From Halorussus marinus (GTDB lineage: Archaea > Halobacteriota > Halobacteria > Halobacteriales > Haladaptataceae): a DNA stretch of 64,000 nt. The translations under genes and the position numbers were made by a program. Positions 8,790-18,537 of the stretch are shown piece by piece (position 1 is the first letter of the stretch; each line of letters opens with the position of its first letter). The notes under the pieces are model-generated. The model made no database searches, was not told where the DNA came from, and saw nothing but the letters and a program-made list of their open reading frames with translations. The stretch spans positions 1 to 64,000 of the forward strand of contig NZ_SBIV01000010.1 in the NCBI RefSeq assembly GCF_004765795.1. Direction: 5' to 3'.

Positions 8790-9011
8790 TCAGTCGACGA
8801 TGATGTTCGAGTCGCCGTCCTCGATCACGGTCGGGTCCGGCTCGGGCTGCATCTCCGCCTCGTAGCGGTCGATCCAGTCGGCGAAACACTCGGGACAGAG
8901 ACGCTGGCTGTCGATCTGCGACCGGTCGACGGTGAGTCGGACCGTGCGCGCCAGCGCGTCGGAGACGTCGTCGCCGCAGTCGTCGCACGGGGCGGCGTCC
9001 TCGCTTCCCAT
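8790..9011 (-). CDS. Small CPxCG-related zinc-finger protein (73 aa)
   Basis: MGSEDAAPCDDCG...RLCPECF: two CxxC pairs, acidic. Confidence 0.8.
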   Translation of the reverse strand: MGSEDAAPCDDCGDDVSDALARTVRLTVDRSQIDSQRLCPECFADWIDRYEAEMQPEPDPTVIEDGDSNIIVD

Positions 9012-9103
9012 GGTCGGGCGGTGTCGCGGGCGATATTTAGTTGTTCGCGTCCGGGCCGCGCCGACACGGCCCGGCGCGACCGGCCGGGTTCCCAAGCCTT
9101 TTG

Positions 9104-9117
9104 ACTGACTAGTCAGT
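9104..9117. promoter_or_regulatory. Perfect 14-bp palindrome ACTGACTAGTCAGT, candidate TetR operator
   Basis: Ends 15 bp before the TetR ATG at 9132. Confidence 0.7.
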
Positions 9118-9131
9118 AAGTCCGATAACGA

Positions 9132-9731
9132 ATGGACGACCGACCGACCCGAGACATCCTCGACGCGACGTATCTCGCGCTCTGCGAGCACGGCTTTGCC
9201 GACCTGACCGTCCAGGACATCGCCGCCCACACCGAGACAAGCAAGGCGACGATCCACTACCACTACGACAGCAAGCGAGACCTGTTCGTGGCCTTTCTGG
9301 CGGACCTCTACGAGGGCTACACCGACCACATGGACGGGGTGACCCGCGAGTCGCCCCGCGAGGAGCTTTTCGCGCTCGTCGAGGCCTCGCTCGAAGAGGG
9401 CGACGACGTGCCGGGCGTCGACTTCCGGACCGCGATGCTCGAGATCAAGGCCCAGTCGCCGTACGACGACGCGTTTCGAGAGCGACTCCGGGAGTTCGAC
9501 GACTACCTGTTCGAGCGCATCCGATCCGTGGTCGCGGCCGGCATCGAGGCCGGCGAGTTCGACGACGACGTCGACCCCGACCGCGTCGCCGAGTTCCTGA
9601 CGACCACGATCTCCGGCGCCCACACCCGCCGGGTCGCGGTCGACCACTCGCTCGACCGGCTCCGCGAGACGCTGATCGAGTACGTCGAGCGAAATCTGGT
9701 CGCCGACGAGACGGCCGAGGTGAGCGCCTGA
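9132..9731 (+). CDS. TetR/AcrR family regulator
   Basis: ILDATYLALCEHGFADLTVQDIA...SKATIHYHYDSKRDL HTH. Confidence 0.92.
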   Translation: MDDRPTRDILDATYLALCEHGFADLTVQDIAAHTETSKATIHYHYDSKRDLFVAFLADLYEGYTDHMDGVTRESPREELFALVEASLEEGDDVPGVDFRTAMLEIKAQSPYDDAFRERLREFDDYLFERIRSVVAAGIEAGEFDDDVDPDRVAEFLTTTISGAHTRRVAVDHSLDRLRETLIEYVERNLVADETAEVSA

Positions 9732-11155
9732 TGGGCGTCCTCGACTCGCTGTTCCGGGGCCGCGAGGAGTTCGACCTCACGTCGGGCGACGTGGGCAAGC
9801 CCCTGTTTTTCCTGTCGCTTCCCATCGTCGTCACCAACCTCTTTCAGACCGCGTACAACCTCGCGGACACCTTCTGGCTGGGCCAGTACAGCACGAACGC
9901 GCTTGCGGCCATCAGCTTCGGCTTTCCGATGGTGTTCCTGCTCATCTCGCTGGGGATGGGGCTGTCGGTCGCCGGTAGCGTCCTCGTCGCCCAGCACACC
10001 GGCGCCGACGAACCCCGGGAGGCCGAGTACGCCGCGTCCCAGACGGTCACGTTCGCCGTCATCGCCTCGATCATCCTCGGCGGGATCGGCTACGTCTTCG
10101 TCGAGGAGTTCCTCGCGCTCCTCGGGGCCTCTCCCGACGTGCTCCCGATGGCGACCAGCTACATGCAGGTCATCTCGCTCGGGCTGGTGTTCATGTTCGG
10201 ATTCTTCGTGTTCATCTCGCTGATGCGGGGCTACGGCGACACCATCACCCCGATGCTGGTGATGTTCGGGTCGGTCGTGCTCAACATCGCGCTCGACCCG
10301 TTCCTCATCTTCGGCTGGGGGCCGTTCCCCGAGCTCGGCATCGAAGGGGCCGCCATCGCGACCGTCTTCTCGCGGGGGCTGGCGATGGCGGTCGGGCTGG
10401 CGGTCATGTTCCAGGGGACGCGGGGCGTCCAGATCAACCTCCGGGACATGGGGCCGGACTTCGAGTACCTCCGGCGGCTCCTCCGCATCGGGCTTCCGGC
10501 CTCCGTCGAGGGGACCGGCAGGGCGCTGTCGATCAACCTCCTGCTTTTCATCGTCGGGATGTTCCCGACCACGGTCGTCGCGGCGTACGGCATCGGGACC
10601 CGGGTGTTCTCGGTCATCTTCCTGCCCGCCATCGCGGTGGCCCGCGGCGTCGAGACCATGACGGGCCAGAACGTCGGGGCCGACAAGCCCGACCGCGCGG
10701 CGCAGGCGGCCGGGCTCGCGGCCAAGGTGATGTTCGGCGTGCTCACGGGCGCGGGCGTCGTGGTCTGGTTCGGCGCGGGCGCGATTTCGAGCGTGTTCAC
10801 GACCGACCCCGAGGTGGTCGCGGTGTCGGCGGAGTTCCTGCGATACGTCGCGCTCTCGTTCGGATTCATCGGGATCATGCGCTCGTACACCGGGAGCTTC
10901 CGCGGGGCGGGCAAGACCCTGACCGCGGCGGCCATCTCGGTCCTGATGCTCGGATTCATCCGACTGCCGATCGCGTGGTTCGCCGCCGGGCCGCTCGGCG
11001 AGACGGGCATCTGGCTCTCGTTCGCCATCTCGAACGTCGCGGGCGCGGCGATCGCCTACGCGTGGTACCGCCGGGGAACGTGGCGTGACGCCGACCTCAC
11101 CGAGACCGAGGTCGCCGACGACGACGAACCGGGGGTCGCGGCCACCGACGACTGA
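9731..11155 (+). CDS. MATE family efflux transporter
   Basis: YNLADTFWLG, RGYGDT.TP, NIALDP motifs; about 12 TM segments; TGATG overlap with TetR. Confidence 0.93.
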   Translation: MGVLDSLFRGREEFDLTSGDVGKPLFFLSLPIVVTNLFQTAYNLADTFWLGQYSTNALAAISFGFPMVFLLISLGMGLSVAGSVLVAQHTGADEPREAEYAASQTVTFAVIASIILGGIGYVFVEEFLALLGASPDVLPMATSYMQVISLGLVFMFGFFVFISLMRGYGDTITPMLVMFGSVVLNIALDPFLIFGWGPFPELGIEGAAIATVFSRGLAMAVGLAVMFQGTRGVQINLRDMGPDFEYLRRLLRIGLPASVEGTGRALSINLLLFIVGMFPTTVVAAYGIGTRVFSVIFLPAIAVARGVETMTGQNVGADKPDRAAQAAGLAAKVMFGVLTGAGVVVWFGAGAISSVFTTDPEVVAVSAEFLRYVALSFGFIGIMRSYTGSFRGAGKTLTAAAISVLMLGFIRLPIAWFAAGPLGETGIWLSFAISNVAGAAIAYAWYRRGTWRDADLTETEVADDDEPGVAATDD

Positions 11156-11200
11156 CCGCCGACCACGCGAACGCTTTTGTTGTGAGGCGTCGACGGTTCG

Positions 11201-12052
11201 GTGATGGAGGACCGCGACAGAGTCGCCGTCGCAGTCGGTAATCCCGACAACGTCGACCAGCTGGTGCGGACCGCGATCGACGTGGCCCGGGACCGCGGCG
11301 GCGAGGTCGTCGTGGTCGCGGTCCGGGTCACGCCCCGGGAGTCGCCGTTCGGGCTGTTCACCGACGAGGTCATCGCCCGTGAGTTGGGCGGCGAGCGCCG
11401 GGCGCTGCTCGATCGCGCGGTCGACGTCGCCTCCGGCACCGACGTTCCGGTCCGGGGCCGGCTGTTCGTCGCCGGCTCGGTGGCCGACGGCGTGCTCCAC
11501 GCGATCGACGAACTCGACTGTGGCTGTCTCGTCGTCGGATGGCAAGACCGCACCCGGGAGAACGCGATCCTCGGGACGAACGTCGACCGGATCGTGCGCC
11601 GGGCCGACGCCGACGTGCTCGTCGAGAAGATCGGCGCCGTCGCCGACGGGGTCGAGGCGGTGTTGTTGCCCGTCGCCGAGAGCCCGAACGCCGACCTCGC
11701 GGCCGCGGTGGCGCGAGCCATCGCGGCCGGCAACGACGCTCGGGTCGACCTGCTTCGGGTCGCCGACTCGCCCGCACAAGAGCCGGCCGCCCGCGAACTG
11801 CTCGCCGACGCGAGCGGACGCTTCGGGTCGGTCCCGGTCGAGACCGAGGTCCGGGTCGGCGACGTCGCCGACGCCATCGTGGCGGCGTCGGCCGACCGGG
11901 ACGTGACCGTCCTCGGGGCGACCCGAACCGGGCAGATTCGGCGGCGGGTCGTCGGCTCGACGCCGCGAGCGGTCGGGCGGCGCGCCGAGGGGTCGGTGAT
12001 CGTCGCGAAGAAGCGAACGCCGTCGCTGGTGGGGCGACTACTGGGGCGATAG
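11201..12052 (+). CDS. Tandem-domain universal stress protein
   Basis: Two Usp-like domains (ILGTNVDRIVRRA; VVGSTPRAV). Confidence 0.85.
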   Translation: MMEDRDRVAVAVGNPDNVDQLVRTAIDVARDRGGEVVVVAVRVTPRESPFGLFTDEVIARELGGERRALLDRAVDVASGTDVPVRGRLFVAGSVADGVLHAIDELDCGCLVVGWQDRTRENAILGTNVDRIVRRADADVLVEKIGAVADGVEAVLLPVAESPNADLAAAVARAIAAGNDARVDLLRVADSPAQEPAARELLADASGRFGSVPVETEVRVGDVADAIVAASADRDVTVLGATRTGQIRRRVVGSTPRAVGRRAEGSVIVAKKRTPSLVGRLLGR

Positions 12053-12067
12053 GGAGTCGGGCGCCGA

Positions 12068-12745
12068 TCAGGCCGTCCGGAACGCCCGGTCGCCCGCGTC
12101 GCCGAGTCCGGGGACGATGAACCCCTCGTCGTCGAGGTGGTCGTCGATCGAGACCGTCAGCAGGTCGGCGGTCGGGAACTGCTCGCCCACCCGGAGCAGA
12201 CCGTCTGGCGCGCTGACCGCCGAGAGCACGAACAGGTGCTCGGGGTCGGGCTGTTCGTCGGTGATGCGGTCCATCACCGCACACATCGTCGAGCCGGTCG
12301 CGAGCATCGGGTCGGCCACGATGACGGTGTCGTCGGCCGTGATCTCGGGGAGTTTGACGTAGTCGATGGTGATCGGGAACTCGCCGTCGTCGTTCATTCC
12401 GGCCTCCTCGTCGCGGCCGGCCGAGATGACTCCCTGCTTGGCCCGGGGGAACGCCTTCAACAGCCCCTCGACGAACGGGGTCGCGGCCCGCAGAACGTTG
12501 ATGATGACCACGTCGTCGAGCCCCTTGACGCGCTGGCCGGTCGTCTCGGTCAGCGGCGTCTCGATCGAGACGTACTCGGTCTCCATCGCGCCGTCGATGA
12601 TCTCGTAGCCGCAGATCCGGCCGAGCTTGACGAGGCCCTTCCGGAACGCGACCTGTTCGGTCTCGACGTCTCGGAGATTCGAGAGGGTGTCTTGAGCGAG
12701 CGCGTGCGTGATGAGCTTGGCGTCCCCGCGGTCTTCGATGGTCAT
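12068..12745 (-). CDS. upp: Uracil phosphoribosyltransferase
   Basis: [26 protein letters not shown] motifs. Confidence 0.96.
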   Translation of the reverse strand: MTIEDRGDAKLITHALAQDTLSNLRDVETEQVAFRKGLVKLGRICGYEIIDGAMETEYVSIETPLTETTGQRVKGLDDVVIINVLRAATPFVEGLLKAFPRAKQGVISAGRDEEAGMNDDGEFPITIDYVKLPEITADDTVIVADPMLATGSTMCAVMDRITDEQPDPEHLFVLSAVSAPDGLLRVGEQFPTADLLTVSIDDHLDDEGFIVPGLGDAGDRAFRTA

Positions 12746-12810
12746 GTCTGTGCGTATGGCGGTGACGCGGGGGCTTATCTCTTAATATGGCGAGCCGCCC
12801 CGGCCGAACG

Positions 12811-12990
12811 TCACCGAATCACGAGGTGGGTCACCACGGCCAGCAGCGCCGCGACCGCCGCGATCGTCTGCCACTCGTAGGCCAGCACGTCGAGAAACGA
12901 CAGCCCCCAGACCACCGCGACCGCGAAGAGGCTCGACAGCACGAGGTTCATCGCGGCGAGCACGCGCGGGTCGCCCTTCGAATCGGTCAT
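12811..12990 (-). CDS. Small 2-TM membrane protein (59 aa; not in the ORF track)
   Basis: Hand translation MTDSKGDPRVLAAMNLVLSSLFAVAVVWGLSFLDVLAYEWQTIAAVAALLAVVTHLVIR*; GC-rich third positions. Confidence 0.75.
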   Translation of the reverse strand: MTDSKGDPRVLAAMNLVLSSLFAVAVVWGLSFLDVLAYEWQTIAAVAALLAVVTHLVIR

Positions 12991-13075
12991 CCGGCGGGTA
13001 TCGCGGCCCGATCGACTTATCTCTTGCCCGACACGGCCGGTAGACCGAAGGTCGCGGGCGACGACTCGACGGCCC

Positions 13076-13393
13076 GTGCTGGAGAACGATCGGGGAGAGG
13101 CGGTCGATCCGGTGCCGTTTCTGGTGGTGGCGACGCTGGGCGCACTCGTCTGCTACAGCTTCGGACCGGGGTACCTGCTGGCGTTCGGGGTCGGGGTGGC
13201 CGAAGGGCTCGCGGTCTCGACGGTCGCCGCGCTCGCCACGACCGCGGTGGCCTACCACCGGTTCGTCCGGACCCGCCGGCCCGAACACCGGGGCGAGATC
13301 CCGGCCGAGGCGCGAGTCCGGCGACTGCTGGTGGGGGCGCTCGCGGTCGCGGGCGTGTTCGTGCTCCTGTCGGTGCCACTGCTCGGACCGTAA
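13076..13393 (+). CDS. Small membrane protein (3 TM)
   Basis: Three hydrophobic stretches; start codon uncertain. Confidence 0.65.
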   Translation: MLENDRGEAVDPVPFLVVATLGALVCYSFGPGYLLAFGVGVAEGLAVSTVAALATTAVAYHRFVRTRRPEHRGEIPAEARVRRLLVGALAVAGVFVLLSVPLLGP

Positions 13394-13424
13394 CGCTTTC
13401 GGGCCGGCGTTCGTAGGGCCGACG

Positions 13425-13832
13425 ATGCGCGAAGTCGAGGCCACGACGTTCGTCCCGGAGTCGCCGACGGTCGTCCGACGGGCGCTCGCGCCCGCGGCGG
13501 TGGTCGAGTACGAAGGGAGCTTCGACGTCCGGGGCGTCGAGGAGACCGACGACGGGTGGACGGTGACCGCGGGCGCGCGCGGCCTGACCATGCACCTCGA
13601 CTTCGAGGAGCGCGAGGACGGCCTCGCCTACCGCCAGCGCGGCGACGGCGGCCCGTTCGACGCGATGGAGACCACCGTCTCGGTCGAGCCCGAAGACGAG
13701 GGGAGCCGCGTGAGGATGCGGTCGCGGGTGAGCCTCGGCCTCCCGCTCTCGGCGGTCACCGACCGCGTGGCGGCGTGGAAGCGACGCGGCGAGCTACGAC
13801 GGGCGCTCGACGCGCTCGCGGCCGACCTCTGA
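13425..13832 (+). CDS. SRPBCC/polyketide cyclase-like protein
   Basis: GPFDAMET, beta-rich core and C-terminal helix typical of START-like folds. Confidence 0.7.
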   Translation: MREVEATTFVPESPTVVRRALAPAAVVEYEGSFDVRGVEETDDGWTVTAGARGLTMHLDFEEREDGLAYRQRGDGGPFDAMETTVSVEPEDEGSRVRMRSRVSLGLPLSAVTDRVAAWKRRGELRRALDALAADL

Positions 13833-13935
13833 GTCGCAATCGCGGCGTCGCCGGCGGCTCGGCGAGCCGCGGGTGCTGAGACCCGGGACCGACCAACGGC
13901 ACCCTTTTATCGCCGGGACGATTTCGTGATAAACG

Positions 13936-14232
13936 ATGACACTTGCCGACCGAATCGCGACGTTCCGAAGCCAGGTGGAGGAGTGGCTCCACGGCCTCTA
14001 CCACGGAATGATCGAGCACCCGGCGTTCGAACTCGTCGAGAAGGAGGCCGAGGACACCGAGGACGCCTTCATGTTCGCGTGCTTCGCCGACGCGTTCGGC
14101 ATCCCGAGCCCGGCCTCCTACTACACCGCCGAGCTCCTGCCGTACCTCGGCGACGAGTTCGAGCAGTGGGAGCGCCGGATGTGGGACCGCGAGAGCCTCA
14201 TCGAGCGCAAGGGCCAGCAGTACCACTTCTAA
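13936..14232 (+). CDS. Small CstA/ArsA-associated protein
   Basis: FMFACFADAFGIPSPASYYTAELLPYL..EFE.WERRM; ends 1 bp before the ArsA-like ATG. Confidence 0.8.
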   Translation: MTLADRIATFRSQVEEWLHGLYHGMIEHPAFELVEKEAEDTEDAFMFACFADAFGIPSPASYYTAELLPYLGDEFEQWERRMWDRESLIERKGQQYHF

Positions 14233-14233
14233 G

Positions 14234-15199
14234 ATGAACAAGTTCGTCTTCTTCGGCGGCAAGGGCGGGGTCGGCAAGACCACGGTGTCGTGTGCCTACG
14301 GCCTGAAGTGCGCCGACGCGGGCCTGGAGACGCTCGTCGTCTCGACCGACCCGGCCCACAGCACCGCCGACGTGTTCGACCAGCAGTTCGGCGACGACCC
14401 GCGGGCGGTCGAGGGCCGCGAGAACCTCTGGGCGATGGAGATCGACCCCGAAGAGGAGGTCGAGCGCCACATGATGGACATCAAGCGGACGATGACCGAT
14501 CAGGTGAGCGCCGGGATCGTCAACGAGATCGACCGCCAGATAGAACTGGCCCACCGGACGCCCGGCGCCTACGAGGCCGCGCTGTTCGACCGCTTCATCG
14601 ACGTGATGCGCGAGGCCGACGAGTACGACCGGGTCGTGTTCGACACCGCGCCGACCGGGGGCACTCTCCGACTGCTCGGACTGCCCGACTTCCTCGAAGG
14701 GTGGATCGCGCGCCTGCTGGAGAAACGCACAGAGAGCATCGATCTGTTCGAACGGGCGGCCATCGGCGACCGGGAGGCCCGCAAGAAAGCGAGCGAGGAC
14801 CCCATCATCGCGCGGCTCACCGAGCGCAAGGAGATGTTCGAGTTCGCCGGCGACACCCTCCGGAACGACGCCTCGTTTTACCTCGTGTTGAACCCCGACG
14901 AGCTCTCGATCCGGGAGACCGAGCGAGCGATCAAGGACCTGACCGAGTACGACCTCGGAGTCGCGGGACTGGTCGTCAACAAGGTCGCGCCCGCGCCCGA
15001 CGCCGGCGAGGACGGGACCGGCGCGCGCTACCTCCGGGAGCGCTACGAGAACGAGCGCGACCGCATCGACCGGATCCGCTCGGAGTTCGACGCCCCCGTC
15101 GTCGCCCGGATCGAACAGCGCGTCGAGGAGGTCAAAGGCGACCTGCTCGCGGAGGTCGCGGCCGAACTCGACATCGACGTCCCGACGGTGGAAGCCTGA
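14234..15199 (+). CDS. ArsA/Get3 (TRC40) family ATPase, single domain
   Basis: GGKGGVGKTT, STDPAHS, DTAPTG motifs. Confidence 0.93.
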   Translation: MNKFVFFGGKGGVGKTTVSCAYGLKCADAGLETLVVSTDPAHSTADVFDQQFGDDPRAVEGRENLWAMEIDPEEEVERHMMDIKRTMTDQVSAGIVNEIDRQIELAHRTPGAYEAALFDRFIDVMREADEYDRVVFDTAPTGGTLRLLGLPDFLEGWIARLLEKRTESIDLFERAAIGDREARKKASEDPIIARLTERKEMFEFAGDTLRNDASFYLVLNPDELSIRETERAIKDLTEYDLGVAGLVVNKVAPAPDAGEDGTGARYLRERYENERDRIDRIRSEFDAPVVARIEQRVEEVKGDLLAEVAAELDIDVPTVEA

Positions 15200-15381
15200 G
15201 TCGACAGCCAGAAAGTTTTCATCGGGAGCGTGTTCGGCCATATGACTCTTTTTTCGCTCGAAACGGAACGATACCGCTTCGGGCCGGCGTCTGACGGCGA
15301 TTTCGAACTGTCATTTCTAGCTAAAAATCAAGACAATCTTTAAGTCCCTATTTTCCGTGTCTCGGAGTGAGGCGACATACC

Positions 15382-17124
15382 ATGGTACAAGTAATGTGGC
15401 TGGTGGTTTCGGTGCTCGCAATATTCACCGTGGGGTACTTCGGGTACTCCAGATACCTCGCCCAGTTCGTCGAACTGGACGGGGACAAAGAGACGCCGGC
15501 CCACAAGTACGAGGACGGACAGGAGTATGTACCGGCCAAAAAGCCGGTGCTGTTGGGGCATCACTATTCGAGTATCGCGGGCGGGGCGCCCATCGTCGGG
15601 CCCATCACGGCCGGACTCATCTGGGGTTGGGTTCCGGCGCTGCTGTGGATCGCGGTCGGGAACCCCCTGATGGGCGCGGTCCACGACTTCGTGTCGCTGT
15701 CGGGGAGTCTCCGACACGAGGGGAAGTCGATCGGGTACATCATCGGCGAGTACATCGGCGACGACGGCAAGAACATGCTGCTGTGGTTCGCGTTCCTGAC
15801 GATCATCCTCGTCGTCGCCGTGTTCGCGTTCGTGGTGGCGCTGGTGTTCCAGGAGTTCCCCAGCGCGGCCACCGCGAGCATCCTGTACATCGGGCTCGCG
15901 TTCGTGTTCGGGGTGTATCTCTACCAGCTCGACGGACCGTTCATCCCCGGGACGATCGTGTTCGTTGCGGGCGTGTTCGCGAGCGTCTGGGTCGGGATTC
16001 AGTACCCCATCGCGCTGAGTCAGGGGACGTGGATCCCCATCGTGCTGGGCTACGCGTTCGTCGCGAGCGTCCTGCCGGTGTGGATGCTGCTACAGCCCCG
16101 TGACTACCTCTCGTCGTTCCTGCTGTACGCCGGCGTCGGCGGCGCGCTCCTCGCGATCATCGTCGGGACGCTCATCACCACGCCGTCCCAAGCGCTCCAG
16201 ACGAACATCCCGGCCTACAACGGGTTCTGGGGTAGCGACTCGTTCGGCGTCGTGAGCCCGCTGTTCCCGATGCTGTTCGTCACGATCGCGTGTGGCACCA
16301 TCAGCGGGTTCCACTCGCTGGTCTCGTCGGGGACGACCGCGAAGCAACTCAACAAGGAGACCGACGCCCGGCTCATCGGCTACGGCGGAATGCTCGGCGA
16401 GGGACTGCTCGCCGTGGTCGCGCTGTCGGCGGTCGCGGTCGTCGGCATCACCCCCGAGGGCGCGACCGGCGGTATCGGGCTCGCACTGCCGAACTTCGCG
16501 GAGGGCGGCGGCATCATGCTCACCAGCTTCGGCATCCCCGTCGAGTACGGCGCGCCGTTCATGGCGCTGGTCATGGTGAGCTTCCTGCTCACCTCGACCG
16601 ACACCGCGCTCCGACTCGGTCGGTACATGCTCGAAGAGATCATCGGCACTCCCGAGTCGCAGGTCGAGGAGGTCGCGACCAACCGCTACGCGAACGCCGG
16701 CTTCCAGTCGCTGGTCGCGTACGGGCTCATCGCGTCTGGCACCTGGACGCCGCTCTGGCAACTGTTCGGCAGTGCGAACCAGTTGCTCGCGGCGCTCGCG
16801 TTGCTGACCGCGACGGTGTGGCTGGCCAACTGGAGCGCGAACAAGCAACTGGTCAGCACCGGCGTGCCGATGGCGATCATGTCGACGATCACCATCCTCG
16901 CGCTGGTGTACCTCCAGTACTACCAGAACCTCTACCAGGGCATCATCCTGGGCGAGTCGTCGACGGCGCTGTGGTCGCTGGTGCTCCAGATCGCCATCGG
17001 GACGGTGCTCCTGGTGTTGGCGCTCGCACTGCTCCGGAAGGGGTACGGTAACATCCAGCAGGCGCGGCGCGGTCGGGCGGGTGCGCCCGCGACCGACGGC
17101 GGCCGACCGCAAGAAGACGACTGA
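15382..17124 (+). CDS. cstA: Carbon starvation protein A family transporter
   Basis: HHYSSIAGGAPIVGP, LLQPRDYLS, TIACGTISGFHSLVSSGTT, YGGMLGEG, LFGSANQLLA. Confidence 0.95.
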   Translation: MVQVMWLVVSVLAIFTVGYFGYSRYLAQFVELDGDKETPAHKYEDGQEYVPAKKPVLLGHHYSSIAGGAPIVGPITAGLIWGWVPALLWIAVGNPLMGAVHDFVSLSGSLRHEGKSIGYIIGEYIGDDGKNMLLWFAFLTIILVVAVFAFVVALVFQEFPSAATASILYIGLAFVFGVYLYQLDGPFIPGTIVFVAGVFASVWVGIQYPIALSQGTWIPIVLGYAFVASVLPVWMLLQPRDYLSSFLLYAGVGGALLAIIVGTLITTPSQALQTNIPAYNGFWGSDSFGVVSPLFPMLFVTIACGTISGFHSLVSSGTTAKQLNKETDARLIGYGGMLGEGLLAVVALSAVAVVGITPEGATGGIGLALPNFAEGGGIMLTSFGIPVEYGAPFMALVMVSFLLTSTDTALRLGRYMLEEIIGTPESQVEEVATNRYANAGFQSLVAYGLIASGTWTPLWQLFGSANQLLAALALLTATVWLANWSANKQLVSTGVPMAIMSTITILALVYLQYYQNLYQGIILGESSTALWSLVLQIAIGTVLLVLALALLRKGYGNIQQARRGRAGAPATDGGRPQEDD

Positions 17125-17146
17125 TCGACCGACGGCGCTTTCTTTT

Positions 17147-17779
17147 TTATCGCCAGAGCGACCGGACGAGCCGCTCGACCAGCCCGGGCTCGGCCTCGGG
17201 GACGGCGTCCCAGAGCCGGAAGGCGGCCGCCGCATCTGCGTTCGTGCTGGCGACGAGTCGCTCGCGGTCGGGGGCCGCGACGACGAGGTTGAGCTCGTAG
17301 CGGCCGTAGAAGCCGAACTTGATGAGCGTCCGGTCGCGGAACCCCTCGACGAACTCCCGGACCGGGTCGGTGAGTTCGGGGACGACGAGGACGAACGTGA
17401 ACTCGGTCTCGAAGTGCTCCTCGTCGGCGACGATCCAGTCGTCGGCGAGGTCGTGGCCCAGTTCGACGAGCCGTTCGAGTTCGGGAACCGTCGCGGCGTC
17501 GGCCCGGCGCGCGAACAGGTGCTCTTTGGCCTCGTGGTTCGCGTAGTTGAGCGCCGGGTGGAACAGCTGTTTGCGATTCTCGACCCGAACCTCGCCGTAG
17601 AGGTCGAAGCGCTCGCCCCGGACCCGGTAGCCGTTCTCCAAGTCGAAGCTGTACATCAGCCGATCGCTCACGCGGTCGAGGTACTCGTCGTCCCAGTCGG
17701 GCACGTCGTCGGGGACGGCCGCGTCCGGGACCCCGTCGGAAGCGACCGGCTCGTCCGGACCCCCACTACTTTCGCTCAT
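17147..17779 (-). CDS. Conserved-type hypothetical protein
   Basis: Acidic 210-aa ORF starting MSESSGG; ATGA overlap with the cupin gene. Confidence 0.75.
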   Translation of the reverse strand: MSESSGGPDEPVASDGVPDAAVPDDVPDWDDEYLDRVSDRLMYSFDLENGYRVRGERFDLYGEVRVENRKQLFHPALNYANHEAKEHLFARRADAATVPELERLVELGHDLADDWIVADEEHFETEFTFVLVVPELTDPVREFVEGFRDRTLIKFGFYGRYELNLVVAAPDRERLVASTNADAAAAFRLWDAVPEAEPGLVERLVRSLWR

Positions 17780-18150
17780 GCGTCCGGATCGTAGGGGTGG
17801 ACGTCGTCGACCGCCGGCGCGCCGACCGCGAGAACCCGAAGCGTCTCGGTCGCGTCCGCGGGGTTGAACGCCCGCTGGGGGCTGTCGGGCTCGACGACGA
17901 ACAGTTCGTCCTCGTCGGCGACCAGTTCGCCGTCGGGAGTCTCGACGTGGAGCGCCCCGGAGACGACGTAGAACAGTTCCTCCTGGTCGTCGTGGTAGTG
18001 GTACGCCAGCGGAATCTGGTCGCCGGGGGCCGCCTCGTAGAGGTTGACCGCCGCGTTCTCCAGCCCCGCGAGGTCGCCGAGCGCGCGCTGGACGCACGGT
18101 CGATCGGGCGTCGGGTCGACCGACGACGGGTCGATGACGTGGTATCCCAT
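17776..18150 (-). CDS. Cupin domain protein
   Basis: YHYHDDQEELFYVVSG cupin motif 1. Confidence 0.85.
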   Translation of the reverse strand: MGYHVIDPSSVDPTPDRPCVQRALGDLAGLENAAVNLYEAAPGDQIPLAYHYHDDQEELFYVVSGALHVETPDGELVADEDELFVVEPDSPQRAFNPADATETLRVLAVGAPAVDDVHPYDPDA

Positions 18151-18291
18151 GTGTGACCACAGTTCGCAGGAGTTTAAATACCCTCGGACGCCGAGAGCCC
18201 CCGCGGGCGCCTCGCGGGCCGGCCGCGCGAGCCCTCGAAACCGCCGAAACCTTAAGAGTCGACGCGTCCAACGATCGGACACGACTCACAC

Positions 18292-18519
18292 ATGGACGAC
18301 AAGCGAACCGAGGCGTGTGGTCGGTGTTCGATGACCGCCGTCGTCTCGATGACGACCGACGACGGCGAGCGCGAATCCGCCGGGCACAACCCCTTCGACG
18401 GCGAGCGCATCGAGGTCGAGGAGGCCGAGTTGAAGGCGGTCAACCGCCACGTCGTCTTGCTCGGGCGGCTCAAGCGCCGACTCGACGAGATGGCGACCCG
18501 GCTGACGTACGGTCGCTGA
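18292..18519 (+). CDS. Small hypothetical protein with a CxxC
   Basis: ACGRCSM...NPFDGERIEV; upstream TTAAG box. Confidence 0.65.
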   Translation: MDDKRTEACGRCSMTAVVSMTTDDGERESAGHNPFDGERIEVEEAELKAVNRHVVLLGRLKRRLDEMATRLTYGR

Positions 18520-18537
18520 GGGCGGTTCGACCCGGCC

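Noticed and set aside
14234..15199. Arsenic resistance operon
   Set aside because: Single-domain ATPase with no arsB/acr3/arsC/arsD/arsR neighbours; the context is cstA.
18211..18230. Minus-strand TCGCGCGG-N5-CCGCGAG as another element copy
   Set aside because: Spacer length and one core base differ; not distinguishable from chance in GC-rich DNA without a model.
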